Positions 27,525-36,418 are shown, counted from the first letter of the stretch. The stretch: 64,000 bases of DNA from Candidatus Micrarchaeota archaeon (GCA_026413965.1 JAOAJY010000001.1:125275-189274); one strand, 5' to 3'. The notes: a model not told the origin generated them from the letters alone. A program made the numbers and translations.

Positions 27525-28274
27525 TCAAATTCTTGGCTTCATGAGCGCAAGCTCTTTTGCAGCAAGCTCCTCAATCACTTCTTTGGCAATGACCCGCCTG
27601 CCGCCAATTTTCTCGTGCGGTATCCTGTTCCTGTCCAGCCTCCTCTCAAACGCATTCCTCTTTATCTTCACTCCCTTGGAATTCAGCACCTGCACAGCCT
27701 CAGCCACATCATAATAATTCTTGCATACGTGTATCATGCTTTCAATGGCGGACTTTGGCACCCAGCGCTGCGTCCCAATCTTGAGGGACGGGACAGAGTT
27801 TTTCTCTATTCTTCCGATGAAAGCGCGGAGGTTTATCTTCTCGTATTTCTTCAGCTCATTATATGCCTGCTTGACTGTGTAAAACTCATTAGCAAGGGAC
27901 ACCCAATCCTCAACAACAGGCTTGGGTATGAGGCGCTTGTTTCCAATCTTTTCTGAGCGGATTGACCGCCTCTCCACGCGCCCTCCAAAAGCGCGGAAAG
28001 AAAGGTCCACTCCCCCTTTCCTCAGCTCTTCATATGCCTCCTCAAGAGTGTAAAGGCCCATGCTTTTCAGCTGCTCCCTCTCAAGCTTGTCTTGCGCATG
28101 CATCTGCTTGGCTTTCTCCACAATCTCGCTGATGCTGTCATGAATCTCTTTCTCAACGCTTGCCCGCTTGGCTTTGAGGTCGGATATTTTAAGCGATTTC
28201 AGCTTGGCTACAACAGGGTCCTTGACAGTCTTTTCTATCACAATTCTTCTCCCGCGAGGCATATGGTCACCCAC
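27525..28274 (-). CDS. protein composed of three tandem excisionase-type (HTH_17-like) DNA-binding repeats
   Basis: Three ~45-aa modules ending RSIRSEKIGNKRLIPKPVVEDW, NSVPSLKIGTQRWVPKSAIESM and NRIPHEKIGGRRVIAKEVIEEL. Each is preceded by Y..EA...L...GV..S.RAF. Confidence 0.5.
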   Translation of the reverse strand: MGDHMPRGRRIVIEKTVKDPVVAKLKSLKISDLKAKRASVEKEIHDSISEIVEKAKQMHAQDKLEREQLKSMGLYTLEEAYEELRKGGVDLSFRAFGGRVERRSIRSEKIGNKRLIPKPVVEDWVSLANEFYTVKQAYNELKKYEKINLRAFIGRIEKNSVPSLKIGTQRWVPKSAIESMIHVCKNYYDVAEAVQVLNSKGVKIKRNAFERRLDRNRIPHEKIGGRRVIAKEVIEELAAKELALMKPRI

Positions 28275-28387
28275 TCCTTTTACTCATAAATACACATTTT
28301 ACCATAATTTTTTGCCACCACTCATTTATAAGCCTTCCCTTCTGCTTTTGGCAAGGCTTCCCGGCTCTTGCCTACAAGTTAGCCGTG

Positions 28388-28402
28388 CAATATTTAAATA
28401 CT
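28388..28402 (+). promoter_or_regulatory. candidate TATA box (AATATTTAAATAC) about 25 nt upstream of the proposed GTG start of pus10; leaderless arrangement
   Basis: AT-rich box in a divergent intergenic region. The spacing fits archaeal BRE/TATA-to-TSS distance. Confidence 0.3.
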
Positions 28403-28419
28403 ATTTCAAGAACCACATC

Positions 28420-29553
28420 GTGCGCCTCTTCCAGCTGTGCGCATTGTGCGCAAAAAGATTCCCGAAAAGCAGACACATCATCGCAGCCAAAAGAGCCGAA
28501 GGCTGCTTCATATGCAGAGGGCTCCTTTCCGCAATAGGCGCGCTTTCAAGGCAGGCAGTTGAGCTTTCGGACGGCTTTGAGTGGGGCTCTTTTTCGGTGG
28601 CCTCTTCCTTCCCCAAAGATGCGCTTGCGCGCGAGCAGGATGTCTGCGACCTCTTTTCGCCTCGCGAATGCACCTCAATGAAAAATTCAGCGAACGCGCT
28701 TGCGGCAACCGCCATAAAAAACCTGTCTGGCAAGCCGAACAGCCAAAGGGAAGCGGACGCGAATTTTCTTCTTGATTTCTCCATCCAGAAGGCTTTTTTC
28801 CAGCCAAGCCCGATTTTCGTTTTTGGCAGATACCTCAAGCTTTCCCGCTCGCATTGCCAAAGCAGATGGCAGTGCTTCAAATGCGGCGGGCGGGGAGGGG
28901 AGTGCTGCAGCGGAAGCGGAAAAAGCTACCCGTCAGTTGAGGAGGAGCTCGGCAAGGTCTTTGCCCAAGCTTTTTGCGCCAAGGATGCCAAGCTGCATGC
29001 GAGCGGCAGGGAAGATGTGGATGTGCGCAACCTTGCAGGCAGGGCCTTTGTGATGGAGCTTGCCAGCCCGAAAAAAAGGAAGGCGGATTTGCTTGCCATA
29101 GAGAAGCAATTCGGGGAAAGCTGCGCAGTCAGGGCTTTCGGCTTGCGCATGGCAAAAAAATGGGCAGTCGAAGCAGTCTGCAATTCGCATTTTGACAAGG
29201 AGTATGTCGCCATCGTTTCAGCTGATCGCGAGCTTTCGCAGCAAGATTGCCAGAAGATGTCCTTTCTGGAAGGGGCGGAGATAGAGCAGCAGACTCCTTT
29301 GAGGGTGCTTGGAAGGCGGGCGGATTTGGTGCGAAAAAGAAAGGTGCTTTCAATATCTTGCCAGCCGGAAGGGAAAAAGCTCAAGCTGAGGATTCTTGCA
29401 GAGGCAGGGACCTACATAAAGGAGCTGGTGAGCTCGGATGGCGGAAGGACAAAGCCAAGCGTCGCCTCAATTTTGGGGTGCAATGCGGTTTGCGAAGAGC
29501 TGGATGTGGCAGGCATACGCGATTATTTCTTGGAGACTATAGAGTTTGATTAA
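28420..29553 (+). CDS. pus10: tRNA pseudouridine(54/55) synthase Pus10
   Basis: N-terminal zinc ribbon CALC...CFIC. GREDVDVRNLAGRAFVMEL and TYIKELVSSDGGRTKPS are Pus10 catalytic/THUMP-adjacent blocks. Start assigned to an in-frame GTG because the longer ORF overlaps the opposite-strand gene. Confidence 0.6.
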   Translation: MRLFQLCALCAKRFPKSRHIIAAKRAEGCFICRGLLSAIGALSRQAVELSDGFEWGSFSVASSFPKDALAREQDVCDLFSPRECTSMKNSANALAATAIKNLSGKPNSQREADANFLLDFSIQKAFFQPSPIFVFGRYLKLSRSHCQSRWQCFKCGGRGGECCSGSGKSYPSVEEELGKVFAQAFCAKDAKLHASGREDVDVRNLAGRAFVMELASPKKRKADLLAIEKQFGESCAVRAFGLRMAKKWAVEAVCNSHFDKEYVAIVSADRELSQQDCQKMSFLEGAEIEQQTPLRVLGRRADLVRKRKVLSISCQPEGKKLKLRILAEAGTYIKELVSSDGGRTKPSVASILGCNAVCEELDVAGIRDYFLETIEFD

Positions 29554-29577
29554 ATATTTTGCGGGAAAGGTTTTTGC

Positions 29578-30474
29578 ATGCTGGAGTTCTTCCAAGCCCC
29601 GCCAGAAGTTCCTGGGATAGAGGCAAGGATTGCTGTGGCAGTGGCTTTCACGGCAGCTGCGGCATACTATGACATGTTCAACAAAAAATGGGTGCCAAAC
29701 GCGCTCCTTTACGCGTTCATCCTTTCCGCCATCGCCGTCAACATAGCTTTTTTTGAGGAGAAGGTTTTCATGCAAGCAGTTGCGTTTGGCGCAGCTGCAT
29801 TTGCGGTTTCCTATCCTTTGTACAAAATGGGGCAGCTTGGAGGGGCAGACGTCTATGCTTATTCAGGAATAGCCCTCTCCATTCCCTATCTTCCTCAGCC
29901 TATTTTTGGGCCTGCCCAGCAGATTCCATACCCATTTCTTTTCTCAGCGCTTGCCCCAACCGGGCTGGCTTTCATTGCCCACATGCTTGTCAGGTTCGTC
30001 CCATACATAGCGGCAAGGCTCAAGTCAGGAGAGGTTCGGATAAGCGCGCAAAAAGCAGCCCCGGCAGCCCTGATTTCGCTTGCGTTCCTGTTTTTCATCT
30101 ATTCGCTGTCCAGCCTGCCAGTGGCTCTCCCCGCCCACTATCTTGCCATTCTTGGCTTTCTTTTTTCAGCGCTGGTTTTCTTCTCATTGTTCAAGGAGGA
30201 AATCAAGGAAAGCATGATAGAGTACCTGCCGCTTTCAAAAATCCAGCCAGAAGATGTGCTTGCTGTTGAGAAAATGGACCAAAAGGCAGTCTTGCGCTTG
30301 AGGCTTAATCCGCTGCTTGACCAAGGAGCAATCAGCAGGATGAAAAAAGCGAAGCTCAAAAAAGCCCCAATATTCACCAAGATGCCATTTTTCTTGCCCT
30401 ACCTTCTCTTCGGGCTCATCATCAGCATCCTTTTTGGGGACATGGTGCATTTCTTCCTCAATTCCGCCTTATAG
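29578..30474 (+). CDS. A24-family prepilin/preflagellin peptidase
   Basis: First catalytic Asp block YYDMFNKKWVPNALL (D x4 K x VPN), second block MGQLGGADVYAYSGIAL (GGxD), and a polytopic membrane topology. Confidence 0.55.
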   Translation: MLEFFQAPPEVPGIEARIAVAVAFTAAAAYYDMFNKKWVPNALLYAFILSAIAVNIAFFEEKVFMQAVAFGAAAFAVSYPLYKMGQLGGADVYAYSGIALSIPYLPQPIFGPAQQIPYPFLFSALAPTGLAFIAHMLVRFVPYIAARLKSGEVRISAQKAAPAALISLAFLFFIYSLSSLPVALPAHYLAILGFLFSALVFFSLFKEEIKESMIEYLPLSKIQPEDVLAVEKMDQKAVLRLRLNPLLDQGAISRMKKAKLKKAPIFTKMPFFLPYLLFGLIISILFGDMVHFFLNSAL

Positions 30475-31000
30475 CCTGAAGAATTTCCTCAGCTCCGCCA
30501 TCTTTGTGGAATTCTCTTGCGCTTTCAATCGCTGCCTCAAGATAAGGCCTTGAAGGAAGCGCATCTGCCGCTTCCCCTTCCAGGACAAACGCAGTCGCCA
30601 AGACCTCGCTTCCATCAGCAAGCTTCGCCTTCACAGGCATCCTCCTCCAAAACCCTGCCCAGTGGGATTTTTGCAGAGCCTCAAGCTGATGCTTTGCCAT
30701 CCTATATACCGCTCCGCGCGCAATCCCATTTTCATCCGGCACCAAATTCGCAACGCCAAACTCTGTTTTTTTGCTGGTCTGGAAAGCAATCCGGTAGCCC
30801 TCCACAACCGCAGGCTCGGCAGAATCAAATCCTCCTGCTTTTTTTGCAATCGTGCTTTTGCTTGCTGATGGGCCGTAGGCAAAAAGCGCAACAGAAGACC
30901 GGCTGTCTATGTGGAGGAAAGCCATAAGCAGCAATCCTGCGCAGGCAGCGCAGAGAATGATGAAAGCCAGCCTAACCCAGTCCATCCAACCACTTCTCAA
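30458..31000 (-). CDS. gamma-glutamyl cyclotransferase (AIG2)-like protein with N-terminal TM helix
   Basis: LFAYGPSA near the start of the soluble domain and YRMAKHQLE in the C-terminal half. Confidence 0.4.
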   Translation of the reverse strand: MRSGWMDWVRLAFIILCAACAGLLLMAFLHIDSRSSVALFAYGPSASKSTIAKKAGGFDSAEPAVVEGYRIAFQTSKKTEFGVANLVPDENGIARGAVYRMAKHQLEALQKSHWAGFWRRMPVKAKLADGSEVLATAFVLEGEAADALPSRPYLEAAIESAREFHKDGGAEEILQAIRRN

Positions 31001-33414
31001 AAGAATGAGGAGAGGCTTTTTTGCTCCCCGCCAAACCTCAAGTCCTCCTCCCGATACCCAAGCTCATGGAGTATCTTCAAGACTGATGGCAGCACTTGAT
31101 TGTCGATGTAGTATGCAGGGTCATAGTCTTTCGCAAGCTCAACAGGCTGCGCCTTTTCGGATATGCTGCTTCCTTTCTTGGTTATCACATAGCCTATTAT
31201 GTGCCCTTTCTCCACCGGCATGCCTGCGGCTATGGCTTTTTGGGCGGCAGAAAGCTCGGGAGATTTCACATCATATTTTCTTGGGTCTTTCCTTATCTGC
31301 GTGTAAATCGCAAGCTCCTCAAGAGGCACCTCGCCGCTGCGCAGCCTCTCAATGACTTTCCGGACTTCGCTTACTGCCTTTTCCTTGCTTCCGTATTTGA
31401 GTATCGCCTCCAATACTTTCCTCTGTGTAGACTTTGCGATTGCGGACCAGTCTCTTCTGACAAGCTCAAACCCGCGTATTTTTATCTTCCCATCCTCGCC
31501 AATCAGAGCGTATTTTTTCTTTGCTCCGGTTTCCTCCCCGGCGCCTTTTTTCGTGACAAAAACCCCCCTTGGATAAAACCCTTCCAGCTCAAGCTCCATG
31601 TCCCCTGGAAGCTCCTCATTTATCTTTTTCATGAATTCAAGCGCCTCTTGCTTGGTCTTGCCTCCCATAAGAAGAAAGATGGAGTCAGTGTCCCCGTATA
31701 GGACCTCAAATCCGGCTTGCTCTGCTTTTTGGATGGTCTCCTGGATGAAGTGCCTGCCCCAAGCCGTCACCGCCTCCCCGCATTCGCGCGAGTACCACCG
31801 CGACCTTGGGTATGCCAGATATCCGTAGTAAGAGTTGGCAAGGATTTTCAGAGACTGCACTCTGGCAAAAAGCATCTCGTATTCCGCAGTGTCCTTCTCA
31901 ATTTCTTTGAGCCTCTGCTTCATGCTGCTTCTGGCTGCAATCAGCTCTTGAAGGACTGATGGAATCAGGCCACGCGGGCTTTTGGCGAATCTGCTTCCGC
32001 TTGGGGAAACATAGCACTCAGCATCGCCTGCCCCGCTTGGGGGATTGAGCGTGAATGGGTCAATGTTGTGCGAGGTTATTATTGAAGGGTACAAGCCGCG
32101 GAAGTCAAAAACCACCAGGCCCTCGTATATTCCAGGCTGCGGCAGCTTGACAAACGCGCCTTTTATCGGGCCAAGCTCGCGCTCACGCGCCAAAGCCTCA
32201 TCGGGCTTGTTTGGTATTATTGCCCCTCTCTCAAAGCTTTTGTGCATCAGCAAGGACTCCACAAGCTGCCCCGCAGTGGCGTTGGCGGCGTCAAACAAAG
32301 GCAGCCTTGTCAGGCGGCTCATCTCCATCTCCAAAGGAAGAAGCATCTTCCCAATCTCCATGGTGGCTTGCGCGTCAAAAAGGGAATATTCGGCAAGCTC
32401 GCCCACAAGGGAGGGGTTTTCCCACATCTTCCATATCTCCAGCTTCCGGACCATCAGCTTCTTCTTGCCAGTGAGCTCCTCGTAAGCGTTTTCAAGGCTG
32501 TACTTTGAGACTTTGAATGCCCCAATAAAGCCCATGAACCGGACAATGGGGTAAAGGTCCAGATGTATGCGCCCAGTGATTTCCGCCACATCGCGTATCC
32601 CCTGCCGCCTGGTCCTGAAAGGCTTCCCATCCCTGCCTATCGGAAAGTCCAGCCCATTCGCATCTGCCCTGGCTTTCAGGTAAGGCAAATCAAAGGCAGT
32701 GCTGTTGTAGCCAAACAAAACCTCAACATCATTTTCTTTTATGGCCTCAAGGAATTTCTTTATCATCTCCCTCTCGTCTTTGCACACAACCGCAAAGCCT
32801 TTTCCAACCTCCTTGCTTGTGATCACCTTCCGCTCCCCAGTTTCCCCAATCTCGTAAGAAATCATGATTATCTCGTCTTTGTCTGGCCGGGGCATTCCTG
32901 TAGGGTTGTAGGTTTCAATGTCAAAAGACATCGTCCTCAAGCTGGCCGCCTTCTGCATGCGCTTGACAATCCTCTTTATCCATTTTCCTTGCCGCTCATA
33001 GACTATTGTGGAGAAAGGCGCAAGCCCCTTGTCTATAAGATATCTCCTGCCAAATGGAATGTCCTTTTCAAAGGTTGGATATTTTGAGAGAGCAGAGCTT
33101 AAGGCAGGGACATCATAGGGCATCTGGCAATAAACCTTCCAAATCTTCTTCCTTTTCCCAAGCACTTCGCGCTCCACAAGCTCGGCTTTCGTAGGGGAAG
33201 CCACCCTCCCTCTGCTTTGCGCTTTGGCGGAAAGGATCTCCTCCAAGGCGGACTCTGGAGCATCAGCATAAAAATAAGGCTCGTACCAGTCGTACAGCCT
33301 GAAGAAGCGCTTTCCTTTCATAAGCAGGCGGACAGCGGTTTTGCCATCCACTATCGCGTAATCAGCGTCAATCAGGATAGCCTTTCTTCTGGCAAGCACG
33401 CTTTCATCTTCCAT
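30997..33414 (-). CDS. polB: family B DNA polymerase
   Basis: Exo I FDIETY, motif A DFRGLYPSIITSHNI, motif C LYGDTDS. Start placed at MEDESVLARRKAILIDADYAIVDGKTAVRL; the longer ORF N-terminus looks non-coding. Confidence 0.8.
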   Translation of the reverse strand: MEDESVLARRKAILIDADYAIVDGKTAVRLLMKGKRFFRLYDWYEPYFYADAPESALEEILSAKAQSRGRVASPTKAELVEREVLGKRKKIWKVYCQMPYDVPALSSALSKYPTFEKDIPFGRRYLIDKGLAPFSTIVYERQGKWIKRIVKRMQKAASLRTMSFDIETYNPTGMPRPDKDEIIMISYEIGETGERKVITSKEVGKGFAVVCKDEREMIKKFLEAIKENDVEVLFGYNSTAFDLPYLKARADANGLDFPIGRDGKPFRTRRQGIRDVAEITGRIHLDLYPIVRFMGFIGAFKVSKYSLENAYEELTGKKKLMVRKLEIWKMWENPSLVGELAEYSLFDAQATMEIGKMLLPLEMEMSRLTRLPLFDAANATAGQLVESLLMHKSFERGAIIPNKPDEALARERELGPIKGAFVKLPQPGIYEGLVVFDFRGLYPSIITSHNIDPFTLNPPSGAGDAECYVSPSGSRFAKSPRGLIPSVLQELIAARSSMKQRLKEIEKDTAEYEMLFARVQSLKILANSYYGYLAYPRSRWYSRECGEAVTAWGRHFIQETIQKAEQAGFEVLYGDTDSIFLLMGGKTKQEALEFMKKINEELPGDMELELEGFYPRGVFVTKKGAGEETGAKKKYALIGEDGKIKIRGFELVRRDWSAIAKSTQRKVLEAILKYGSKEKAVSEVRKVIERLRSGEVPLEELAIYTQIRKDPRKYDVKSPELSAAQKAIAAGMPVEKGHIIGYVITKKGSSISEKAQPVELAKDYDPAYYIDNQVLPSVLKILHELGYREEDLRFGGEQKSLSSFF

Positions 33415-33515
33415 CTTTATCGTAGGTTTCTCCACGGCAAGCATTAAAGAGGTTTCAACAGAGCCTAGTGCTTGGATTTTAAATTTCACTCGCGTTTTGG
33501 CTGACAGGTGGTTGC

Positions 33516-34523
33516 ATGATAAATGTGGCGGTGAACGGGTTTGGAAGAATCGGAAAGCTTGTTGTGAGGGCGGCTTTTGAGCGCGGCTTTGTGGGCAAAA
33601 AATTCGAGATAGTTGCGATAAATGACACCCACGACCCAAAGCTTTCAGCCCATCTGTTCAAATACGACTCCACGCAAGGGAGGTTTTCAGGAAAGGTGAG
33701 CGCAGAGCCAGGCAAGATGCAGATAAACGGCTATGACATAAAGCTGGTCTCATCGCGCGACCCCTCAACAATCAAGTGGGGCGAGATGGGGGTGGATTTG
33801 GTCTTGGAATGCACAGGCGCATTCACAGACAGGGCAGGAGCCTCCAAGCATCTGCAGTCAGGGGCAAAAAAGGTCCTGATTTCCGCCCCATGCAAAGGAG
33901 GCGAGGCGGACGCCACCATCGTCATCGGAGTCAATGACGAAAAATACGACAAAAAGAAGCACCACATAGTGTCAATAGGCTCATGCACCACAAACTGCCT
34001 TGCCCCAGTGGCAAAGGTGGTTGATGACGCATTCGGGATAGAGGCTGGGTTCATGACCACCTGCCATGCTTACACAAACGACCAGCTCATACTTGACGCA
34101 AACCATAAGGACTTCAGGCGCGCAAGGGCAGGCGCAATAAACATAATCCCCACCTCCACAGGCGCTGCGAAAGCCATAGGCGAGGTGATACCGAAGCTGA
34201 AAGGGAAGATGGACGGGCTGGCTCTTCGGGTGCCCATCCCAGTTGGCTCAATAAACGACCTTTCTTGCCTTCTTTCAAAGGAGGCAAGCGCAGAGGAGCT
34301 GAACGCGGCTGTCAAAAAAGCCGCGGAAGGAAAGATGAAAGGAATACTGGAATACACCGAAGACCCGATTGTTTCCTCAGACATAGTCCACAATCCAGCA
34401 AGCTCCATATTCGACGCCCTTTCCACAAAGGCAATCGGCAAGACGGCGAAGCTTCTGTCATGGTATGACAATGAATGGGGCTTTTCCAACAGGATGGTGG
34501 AAATGGCGGCAAAGATGTTCTGA
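33516..34523 (+). CDS. gap: glyceraldehyde-3-phosphate dehydrogenase, class I (bacterial/eukaryotic type)
   Basis: NGFGRIGKLVVRAA, catalytic SCTTNCLAP and C-terminal WYDNEWGFS. Confidence 0.85.
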   Translation: MINVAVNGFGRIGKLVVRAAFERGFVGKKFEIVAINDTHDPKLSAHLFKYDSTQGRFSGKVSAEPGKMQINGYDIKLVSSRDPSTIKWGEMGVDLVLECTGAFTDRAGASKHLQSGAKKVLISAPCKGGEADATIVIGVNDEKYDKKKHHIVSIGSCTTNCLAPVAKVVDDAFGIEAGFMTTCHAYTNDQLILDANHKDFRRARAGAINIIPTSTGAAKAIGEVIPKLKGKMDGLALRVPIPVGSINDLSCLLSKEASAEELNAAVKKAAEGKMKGILEYTEDPIVSSDIVHNPASSIFDALSTKAIGKTAKLLSWYDNEWGFSNRMVEMAAKMF

Positions 34524-34672
34524 CGATGGGATTAAAAATTCTCGGATGCCCAATGGCATGCATTCTGGAATTTTAAGAAAAGTAGGCCTGCGCAAAAAAG
34601 CGCGCAGGCAAGGCGACCAGTTTTCTGTCCAAGACAGAAAGAAAAGACGGGCATTTCATAATGTTAGGTGTT

Positions 34673-34690
34673 GCATTATATATAAATGTT
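34673..34690 (+). promoter_or_regulatory. candidate TATA box (ATTATATATAAATG) upstream of coiled-coil gene
   Basis: Strong AT-rich box followed by AGAGGG 8 nt upstream of an in-frame TTG at 34732. Confidence 0.3.
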
Positions 34691-34731
34691 TGCATGCATT
34701 TAAACATAAAATACAACAAGAGGGTAATTTC

Positions 34732-35514
34732 TTGGCGGAAGAGAAAAAAGAAAAGCAGGCGCTTTTGGAGAGCCTTCCAGACGGCTTGAAGGAGATAGCG
34801 GATATACCTCAAGAAAAGCTCCTCACGCTGCCTGCGAAAGAGCAAGAGAAGCAAGAGCTCCTGCCCTCTCAGCAGCAAAAGCCTGCGCTTCCTGAAAGGC
34901 CCCGCACCCAAAAAGAAAAAGAGCTGGACGAGCTTATAGCCGCCCGCCAATCCATAATTGAGCAGCTTAAGGAGAAAAACCCAAAGCTTGCCGAGGCGCG
35001 CAAGCAAATAGCCTCCCTTCTGCCATCCCTCAAAGGCAAAGGAGCTGGCAAAGCAGTGGAGCTTATGCGGGAGGAAGAGAGGATAGAATTCTCAATCGCA
35101 ACCGAAGCATACACTCCCAAGCAGGAGCGGGAGCTTCTCAAGCGCCTGAGAGCCATAAGGGCAGAGCTTTCGCAGCACAAGGAGCTTGACGCGATAAGAA
35201 AGCAGGTGGAGGAGAAAAGAGCAGAGGTCAGGGCTTTGGCCTCTGAGATAAAGGAGTTGGAGAAAAAGCTTGCCGAGGCGCGCGCCGCCTGCGACGCAAA
35301 ATACGCAGAAGTTCTTGCGGAAAGGAAAGCTGCTTATGAAAAAAGGCAGCGCGAAAGGGCACAAAAGAGGCAGGAGCGCCTTTCTAGCCTTCTTGAAGCC
35401 AGGAAGAGAAAGCGGGAAAAGGAAATGGCAAAATACATGAAAGCATTTGACGACACAGTCTCAATGGATGAGATAGTGCAGATAGAGCGCAAAGAGAAAA
35501 AGAGCAAAAAATAA
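34732..35514 (+). CDS. Lys/Glu-rich coiled-coil protein (start uncertain)
   Basis: Heptad-rich KE sequence. The listed ORF begins inside the GAPDH 3' end. TTG at 34732 has an SD-like AGAGGG. The last 37 coding nt plus stop form repeat copy 1. Confidence 0.35.
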   Translation: MAEEKKEKQALLESLPDGLKEIADIPQEKLLTLPAKEQEKQELLPSQQQKPALPERPRTQKEKELDELIAARQSIIEQLKEKNPKLAEARKQIASLLPSLKGKGAGKAVELMREEERIEFSIATEAYTPKQERELLKRLRAIRAELSQHKELDAIRKQVEEKRAEVRALASEIKELEKKLAEARAACDAKYAEVLAERKAAYEKRQRERAQKRQERLSSLLEARKRKREKEMAKYMKAFDDTVSMDEIVQIERKEKKSKK

Positions 35515-35524
35515 TCATTCAAGA
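35475..35524 (+). repeat. 50-bp perfect direct repeat, copy 1 (AGTGCAGATAGAGCGCAAAGAGAAAAAGAGCAAAAAATAATCATTCAAGA)
   Basis: Identical to 36419-36468 by direct comparison. Covers the 3' end and stop codon of the upstream gene. Confidence 0.9.
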
Positions 35525-35550
35525 TTCAGCCCATCCAAACTAATAAAAAT

Positions 35551-35557
35551 AAGGAGG
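35551..35557 (+). promoter_or_regulatory. Shine-Dalgarno-like AAGGAGG 13 nt upstream of pilin ATG
   Basis: Seen directly in the sequence. Confidence 0.4.
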
Positions 35558-35570
35558 CAGTATAAAAGGT

Positions 35571-36392
35571 ATGCGTGGCTACTCCTTAAAAAAAGCTCAA
35601 GGAAGCACGGAATACCTAGGTATAATGATAATCGTCCTGGTGATCGCACTTGTTTCTATATCAATAATGAACGATGCATTTGTCAAGACATCAGATGTTA
35701 AGGTATCCGAAAGCTCTGCCTATTGGCAGTCTGCTTCTCCGATTGCAATTCTGGAATCTAGGGCAGATGCTTCTGGCTTGACATTTAAGGTTAGGAATAA
35801 TGGGTTAGAAAGGATCGAAATAAATGGGATTCTTTCTTCTGGCTCGCAAATTCCCCTTTCACCTGCCATTTCTCTTTCCCCTGGCGAAGAAAGATTGATT
35901 TCTAATATAGCTGGATTGAACCTTACAGCAGGCAGAAAAAAGGTAGATGTTTTTTCACTCGGTTTTTCCTATACGGTTCGCTTCGGCTCAATGTCCATGA
36001 CCAAGATCCAGACAGGCCCCCCAGTCACCTCCATAGTATGTGGTGATGCCGATTGCTCTAGCCTCGGCAGCTCTTCTGGTTGCGGAATAGGGTGCGGATT
36101 TGGCTATACCTGTTGCAGCTATGAGCCTGGGCAGTATGCCTGTCTATTTGCAAGCGGAGGGACACTATGCAGCGGATTTGAAGTGTGCAGCGAAGGAAAG
36201 TTTTACTGCGAGCCAATGGGCCAGTGTGTCCCCCTAGGAACAATCTGCAATAATTGCATGGGCAGCTGCGGAGAGGGGCAAGTGTGCTGTGTTTGCGATG
36301 CCCAATGTGTTCCTGAAGGGCAGTGTGCTTGCGAACACTGCTTGGAAATCCAATGCTCAGGCGGGAACTGCATCTGCGTTTCTCAAGGATGA
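35571..36392 (+). CDS. archaeal type IV pilin-like protein (class III signal, DUF361-like QGSTEYL motif) with Cys-rich C-terminal domain
   Basis: MRGYSLKKAQGSTEYLGIMIIVLVIALVSISI is a prepilin-peptidase signal plus hydrophobic helix. The C-terminal ~115 aa contain about 30 Cys (CGIGCGFGYTCCSYEPGQYAC...CVCDAQCVPEGQCACEHC). Confidence 0.6.
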   Translation: MRGYSLKKAQGSTEYLGIMIIVLVIALVSISIMNDAFVKTSDVKVSESSAYWQSASPIAILESRADASGLTFKVRNNGLERIEINGILSSGSQIPLSPAISLSPGEERLISNIAGLNLTAGRKKVDVFSLGFSYTVRFGSMSMTKIQTGPPVTSIVCGDADCSSLGSSSGCGIGCGFGYTCCSYEPGQYACLFASGGTLCSGFEVCSEGKFYCEPMGQCVPLGTICNNCMGSCGEGQVCCVCDAQCVPEGQCACEHCLEIQCSGGNCICVSQG

Positions 36393-36418
36393 TTTTCGAA
36401 TAGCAGCAAACAGCCACA

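Noticed and set aside
28168-28419. N-terminal 84 aa of the listed 461-aa ORF containing Pus10
   Set aside because: It overlaps the opposite-strand triple-HTH gene and translates as low-complexity hydrophobic sequence. The Pus10 zinc ribbon begins just after an in-frame GTG at 28420, which has a TATA box about 25 nt upstream.
34465-34731. Long N-terminal extension of the coiled-coil ORF overlapping the GAPDH 3' end
   Set aside because: The extension runs through a strongly AT-rich promoter-like segment with Cys/His-rich junk translation. A TATA-like box and an SD precede an in-frame TTG at 34732.
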